From NCBI GenBank assembly GCA_000004985.1, contig GG739347.1: a DNA stretch of 1,683 nt; one strand, given 5' to 3'. The notes beneath the pieces were generated by a model that saw nothing but the letters and a program-made list of their open reading frames with translations, was not told the DNA's origin and searched no databases. The DNA is from Naegleria gruberi (taxonomy: Eukaryota). Of the stretch, positions 1 to 1,683 are shown one piece after another; the first letter of the stretch is position 1; each line of letters starts with the position of its first letter. The translations under genes were made by a program, and so were the position numbers.

Positions 1-2
1 AT

Positions 3-572
3 TCAAAAGTGTTTTCAAAACTGGTAAACAATGGTTATTTAATTACAACGACTTGCTCATTTGGAGGTGTGAGCCCATTGGAATATCTATTACCACGAAT
101 TCATCCAGATCTGATTAGATTGGGCATTAGAGAACGATTACAATGTCATATTAAGAATTGCCAGAAAGAAACCAATTCAATCAATAGTTACGCCAATTCA
201 AAATATCAAGATATCAAAAAGAGAGTTCAGGATTGTGGAGGATTGGCAAATATTGGAGAGGATCTTGCAATTGAATATATGCAGTTTATTGGAAAGGATG
301 GTGGTGTATTGCGTAGATTATCTAAATCTTTGATTAATGACAGAAGTTTTGTGTTGAAAGCTGTTGAGATTTGTCCTGTTGACATTTTCGCAGCTCCTGA
401 TCATTTCCAGAATGATAGAGAGATAGTAATCACAGCATTACGCAATGATGCATGGATATTGGAAAATTTGGAACATGCATTTCAGTACGATGAGGAGATA
501 TTTGAACTTGTTGCACGAACAGATTTGGCAGCTCTAATGTTTGCTTCTGAACGATTAGACAGTTGTAGGTAA
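3..572 (+). CDS. DUF4116-like tandem-repeat protein, probably 5'-partial (frame open to window edge; ORF track lists 9..572 starting at GTG)
   Basis: 189-codon reading frame with no stop from position 3 to TAA at 570-572. The C-terminal about 100 aa form four units of about 25 aa with the DUF4116-like pattern: 'LAIEYMQFIGKDGGVLRRLSKSLINDR / SFVLKAVEICPVDIFAAPDHFQNDR / EIVITALRNDAWILENLEHAFQYDE / EIFELVARTDLAALMFASERLDSCR'. There is no in-frame ATG in the first ~80 codons, and the GTG at position 9 has no Shine-Dalgarno-like sequence upstream, so the start most likely lies upstream of the window. Family assignment is from memory of the DUF4116 consensus, not from a search. Confidence 0.6.
   Translation, partial: SKVFSKLVNNGYLITTTCSFGGVSPLEYLLPRIHPDLIRLGIRERLQCHIKNCQKETNSINSYANSKYQDIKKRVQDCGGLANIGEDLAIEYMQFIGKDGGVLRRLSKSLINDRSFVLKAVEICPVDIFAAPDHFQNDREIVITALRNDAWILENLEHAFQYDEEIFELVARTDLAALMFASERLDSCR
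261..569 (+). repeat. Protein-level tandem repeat array (4 units of about 25 aa, DUF4116-type) inside gene 1
   Basis: Periodic recurrence of [DE]-[IF]-[VF]-x-x-[AV]-[VLA]...A-x-x-x-[LF]-x-x-D in the translation. The units are diverged at the DNA level; the 'gcttctga' (ASE) motif is shared with gene 2 at 1170-1177. Confidence 0.5.
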
Positions 573-593
573 TGGACATTTGTTGCTCTGACC

Positions 594-604
594 AAAAATT
601 TTTT
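594..604. repeat. A5T6 self-complementary tract in the spacer
   Basis: 'ccAAAAATTTTTTaca'. It is an AT-only palindrome with no GC stem. Confidence 0.4.
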
Positions 605-683
605 ACAAGTCTAAAAGGCTTGGCTTGGGGACAACAAAACGGGACATGAAGAAAATTGTTGGAGGACAATGTTATTTCTCAAG

Positions 684-698
684 ATGTTGTTGTTGTTG
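684..698. repeat. Trinucleotide microsatellite ATG(TTG)4, equivalently (GTT)4
   Basis: Direct reading of 'atgttgttgttgttg' at 684-698. It lies in the spacer and encodes the Leu run of a 12-codon mini-ORF. Confidence 0.6.
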
Positions 699-716
699 CA
701 CCAATAGTGAAATCCT

Positions 717-1670
717 GTGTTGGAAAACAACCAAAAAGTGAAGAGAGGTACTTCATTGTTGAAAGTTTGGTTTTTTTTGTTTGATGAAACTAAAGTTTAT
801 TTTGATGAAAGTGTAACGTCTTCTTTCGTGGCGCCAACTAATGTAACGGTTTATTCTCGACTTGTAACATTTTTTAAAATCACAAGCGAAAAATGGCTGG
901 AGTTTCGACTTGGCCAAAAAATTTTTGGGGACAAATTTTATCTACCTACAACTGTCTATGAACGATTGAGGAATGATACTTCTTTTATAATGAAAATGTT
1001 TCGTAAAATTGCACAAGATAGTTCGATGGACCATATGAGCGAAAGAGAAATTGCTATGCGTATGGTCAAGATGAATGGTTTATCTCTTCAGTTTCTCAAT
1101 GAGGAATACAGAGATGATTTCGAAATTGTTACTTGCGCACTGAATAATCATTGTCACTCTCTTGCTTATGCTTCTGAGAGAATTAGAAGTGATCGAGATT
1201 TTATGAAAAAAGCAATTGAGAAGTACAGCGTTGTTTACTCGTATGCTTCGGATGATTTACGAAATAATGATGTTGAACTTGCTTTGATTAGTATAAGGGG
1301 AGGGAATTGGATTCCTGTTGAGCATGAGATGAACAGACAAGTTGTAAAAGAGGCTGTGAAAAAATCAGCATTACAATTGACTAGAGTTCCTGATGAATTA
1401 AAAAGTTGTGCACCATTCATGTTTGAGATTATCAATGAAACCACTGAACCAATTTTGAAATATATTACAAACGAATTGAGATTTTCTCAAGATTTTGTAT
1501 TGGAAGCAATCAGGATAAGTAGCAATAATGTGCTAGATCTTAGGAATGCAGAAATGGATAATAAGGAATTTGCGAAAAAAGTTGCTCAACTAACTGGCTA
1601 CACATGTACATATAGAAACGACCTATATGAAGCAAGAATGGAATACATGTTCCATGGAGCAAAGTGCTAA
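717..1670 (+). CDS. DUF4116-like tandem-repeat protein; 3' end is firm (TAA 1668-1670), start codon uncertain (GTG 717, TTG 756, ATG 990, or upstream exon/frameshift)
   Basis: 318-codon reading frame in the same frame as gene 1. Residues about 80-317 form about nine units of 24-27 aa, for example 'EREIAMRMVKMNGLSLQFLNEEYRDD / FEIVTCALNNHCHSLAYASERIRSDR / DFMKKAIEKYSVVYSYASDDLRNND / ... / DFVLEAIRISSNNVLDLRNAEMDNK'. These carry the recurring D-[FI]-[VM]-x-x-A-[IVL]...L-x-x-A-S-x-x-L-R-x-D signature. Two stops, TAG TGA at 705-710, sit 6 nt upstream. The first in-frame ATG is at 990 (residue 92), but the repeat 'YERLRNDTSFIMKMFRKIAQD' begins upstream of it. Confidence 0.6.
   Translation: MLENNQKVKRGTSLLKVWFFLFDETKVYFDESVTSSFVAPTNVTVYSRLVTFFKITSEKWLEFRLGQKIFGDKFYLPTTVYERLRNDTSFIMKMFRKIAQDSSMDHMSEREIAMRMVKMNGLSLQFLNEEYRDDFEIVTCALNNHCHSLAYASERIRSDRDFMKKAIEKYSVVYSYASDDLRNNDVELALISIRGGNWIPVEHEMNRQVVKEAVKKSALQLTRVPDELKSCAPFMFEIINETTEPILKYITNELRFSQDFVLEAIRISSNNVLDLRNAEMDNKEFAKKVAQLTGYTCTYRNDLYEARMEYMFHGAKC
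771..778. repeat. T8 homopolymer inside the N-terminal coding part of gene 2
   Basis: 'ggttttttttgtttg' with T at 771-778 exactly; codons TGG TTT TTT TTG TTT (W-F-F-L-F). Confidence 0.6.
914..928. repeat. Near-perfect palindrome CC-A6-T5-GG inside gene 2
   Basis: 'ggCCAAAAAATTTTTGGgg' at 914-928; the homopolymer pair lies immediately downstream of an out-of-frame ATG at 893. Confidence 0.4.
954..1667 (+). repeat. Protein-level tandem repeat array (about 9 units of 24-27 aa, DUF4116-type) inside gene 2
   Basis: Recurring 'A..AS..LR.D.efv..A' signature, e.g. LAYASERIRSDRDFMKKAIEK and YSYASDDLRNNDVELALISI. Unit boundaries are approximate. Confidence 0.55.
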
Positions 1671-1683
1671 AATAATGTAACTC

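Larger units (their letters stand above)
573..716 (+). other. Inter-ORF spacer in the same frame as both flanking genes; possible decayed repeat-coding remnant or pseudogenised linker
   Basis: Frame-0 translation past the gene-1 stop reads 'WTFVALTKNFLQV*KAWLGDNKTGHEENCWRTMLFLKMLLLLHQ**'. This aligns with the gene-2 repeat unit 'DFMKKAIEKYS' (A-[IL]-[ET]-K conserved at matching positions). Stops fall at 570, 612, 705 and 708. Confidence 0.2.

Noticed and set aside
98-103. EcoRI site GAATTC
   Set aside because: Single 6-mer restriction site expected by chance; no biological meaning.
586-606. Possible intrinsic terminator after gene 1 (A5T6 tract following 'gctctgacc')
   Set aside because: No GC-rich inverted repeat precedes the T-run. 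The A5T6 palindrome alone would form only a weak AT-only stem.
567-610. Intron reading: 'AG|GTAATGg' donor-like sequence exactly at the gene-1 stop, and pyrimidine-rich 'ttttttacaag' / 'ttatttctcaag' acceptor-like tracts
   Set aside because: Candidate acceptors end in AAG rather than YAG, and no acceptor gives an in-frame junction into gene 2 with a convincing branch point. Cannot be supported without transcript data.
651-662. 'gAAAATTGTtgg', resembling the AAAATTGA early-promoter octamer of mimiviruses as I remember it
   Set aside because: One mismatch, single occurrence, and GC content higher than typical mimivirus genomes. This is insufficient to call.
430-669. 79-aa minus-strand ORF (TTG start) antisense to the gene 1 repeat region and spacer
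   Set aside because: It overlaps the well-supported + strand repeat-coding frame, uses a non-ATG start and has no recognisable features. Likely a chance open frame.
661-671. GGAGGA as a Shine-Dalgarno sequence for a real protein-coding start
   Set aside because: Spacer to ATG 669 is only 2-3 nt, and the ORF it would drive is 12 codons ending in TAG-TGA. Retained only as a low-interest mini-ORF observation.
1235-1444. 69-aa minus-strand ORF antisense to gene 2
   Set aside because: Fully embedded in the gene 2 repeat-coding region, short, and Ser/Asn/Phe-rich. Probably spurious.
9-1670. Ciliate-type code (TAA/TAG=Gln), which would fuse gene 1 and the spacer into one ORF ending at TGA 708
   Set aside because: None of the 15 Gln codons in the two ORFs is TAA/TAG. 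Gene 2 would then also read through its TAA at 1668. Standard code is more parsimonious.

Overview
This AT-rich window (about 35% GC by eye) is almost entirely occupied by two same-strand (+), same-frame genes. Both encode proteins built from roughly 25-aa tandem repeats that I recognise as the DUF4116 family; the remembered consensus is roughly '..aLqyASeeLrnDrefvl.Avkqng..'. Gene 1 is open to the 5' window edge (3..572) and is probably 5'-partial. Gene 2 occupies 717..1670. Each protein has a unique, non-repetitive N-terminal part of about 80-90 aa followed by the repeat array. No RNA genes, CRISPR arrays or mobile-element hallmarks are visible. Several points deserve a second look. First, gene 1 stops in the middle of a repeat unit, and the in-frame translation just past its stop still looks repeat-like. 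The 144-nt spacer to gene 2 is in the same frame but carries four stops (TAA, TAA, TAG-TGA), which suggests one ancestral gene that was split, or a decaying copy. Second, gene 2 has no ATG for its first 91 codons, although a repeat unit clearly begins upstream of the first ATG. Its true start therefore needs resolving; candidates are a GTG or TTG start, an upstream exon, or a homopolymer indel or frameshift after ATG 893. Third, there are slippage-prone tracts inside or next to the coding sequence: T8, A6T5, A5T6 and (TTG)4. Fourth, a Leu-rich 12-codon mini-ORF with a GGAGGA box sits immediately upstream of gene 2. The source organism cannot be determined. All Gln and Trp codons are canonical, so the standard genetic code is the best fit.
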